Origin: Octopus vulgaris
Taxonomy: Eukaryota
Length of the DNA stretch: 64,000 bases
Direction of reading: 5' to 3'
NCBI GenBank assembly: GCA_951406725.2
Contig: OX597822.1
Span: 78,244,001 to 78,308,000 of the forward strand
The position numbers were made by a program, and so were the translations under genes. Positions 63,131 through 64,000 of the stretch are shown here, one piece after another. Numbering within the stretch: the first letter of the stretch is position 1; the number at the start of each line of letters is the position of its first letter. The notes under the pieces were generated by a model that had not been told where the DNA came from, searched no databases, and worked only from the letters and a program-made list of their open reading frames with translations.

Positions 63131-64000
63131 GTCATCAGGGTGAGAGTGAGCCACAAGTTGAGTAAGGAACTTGGCATCCAGCTATAGAAACCATGTCGAA
63201 ACAGATAATGGAAGCTGATGCCATCTGCCAAACCATCCAACCCACGCCAACATGGAAAATGGATGTTGATGAGGAGAAGGAGGATGAAATGTATATATAT
63301 ATATATATATATATAAATATATCCATATATACATACATATATGTACATACCTACATATATATGTATATATACATGCATATATGGGTACAGGACATCAAAA
63401 AAATTAACAAAAAGAGACACAAGAACAGAAAAAAACACAGAAAACAAATTTTTTGTCGAACAAAAGAAACAAATAGAGAAACGAGACAGGCAACATAAAG
63501 AACATTCCCTTCATCAGTTGTCCCTCGTTTTATCTACCCCGCATTTCGATGGTAGGGACAAGACGCAACTTCATATTATGTTGCACAGACAAATCTCACA
63601 ACTGTTTTGAGGTCCTAGAATGAGGTTGGGCTATGAATATTGTATGAGAGCTATCTGAGATTTGAAAAATTATTAAAATACTCCATGAAGCAAAAAAAGA
63701 TCATATTTTCAAAAAGTTAGTACGCAGTTTCAGATACCATAGAAAGTAGAAAACAATTTAATCTTTCATTGTTTCCCATTAAAATTTGTACATATTTGTT
63801 TCCACTTGTGGCACAAGGTCTGATAAATTTATATAGATAAAGTGCTCCACCAGTATCTGTGGCAATTGTGTCCCTCATTAAAAGAAATATATCTTCAAAG
63901 AGTTTGCACACACTTTTAAGAAATACCATAGAAAATAAAAGTACCACAGGGAAGTTTTCAGTTCCAGAGACACAAAGAAGGGACTATTTTTCAGTGTCCA

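Noticed and set aside
63717-63947. Minus-strand 76-aa ORF at the window end
   Set aside because: No recognisable motif or splice support; cannot be told from chance

Overview
Eukaryotic, repeat-saturated genomic DNA. The microsatellite load and the tRNA-derived SINE families look like an octopus/coleoid cephalopod genome (inferred, not searched). Positions 1-~40,000 hold no host gene I can support, only nested transposon relics (Tc1/mariner, hAT, Merlin/IS1595-like, Penelope, RTE, CR1/L2, R4/Dong-like, a solo LTR, MITEs, SINEs) and microsatellites. Positions 40,193-61,437 (+) hold one spliced gene of the METTL2/METTL8 (Trm140) tRNA m3C32 methyltransferase family, which I reconstructed by hand with GT-AG introns and consistent phases. 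Main finding: the gene has TWO homologous first coding exons that end at the same phase-2 Trp codon. Exon 1a (40193-40311) gives an acidic METTL2-like N-terminus (399 aa protein). Exon 1b (44676-44866) gives an Arg/Ser-rich N-terminus with no acidic residue until position 54, resembling a mitochondrial presequence as in METTL8 (423 aa protein). One locus may therefore supply both cytosolic and mitochondrial tRNA m3C enzymes, which vertebrates encode with separate genes. Splicing 1a to 1b would create a TGA at the junction 4 nt before the 1b ATG, and exon 1b lies inside nested inverted repeats. Other observations: candidate restorative A-to-I recoding sites, a CpG-decay boundary near 42.3 kb suggesting gene-body methylation, and several hairpins and hammerhead-like motifs. 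Most long ORFs in the supplied track are microsatellite artefacts.
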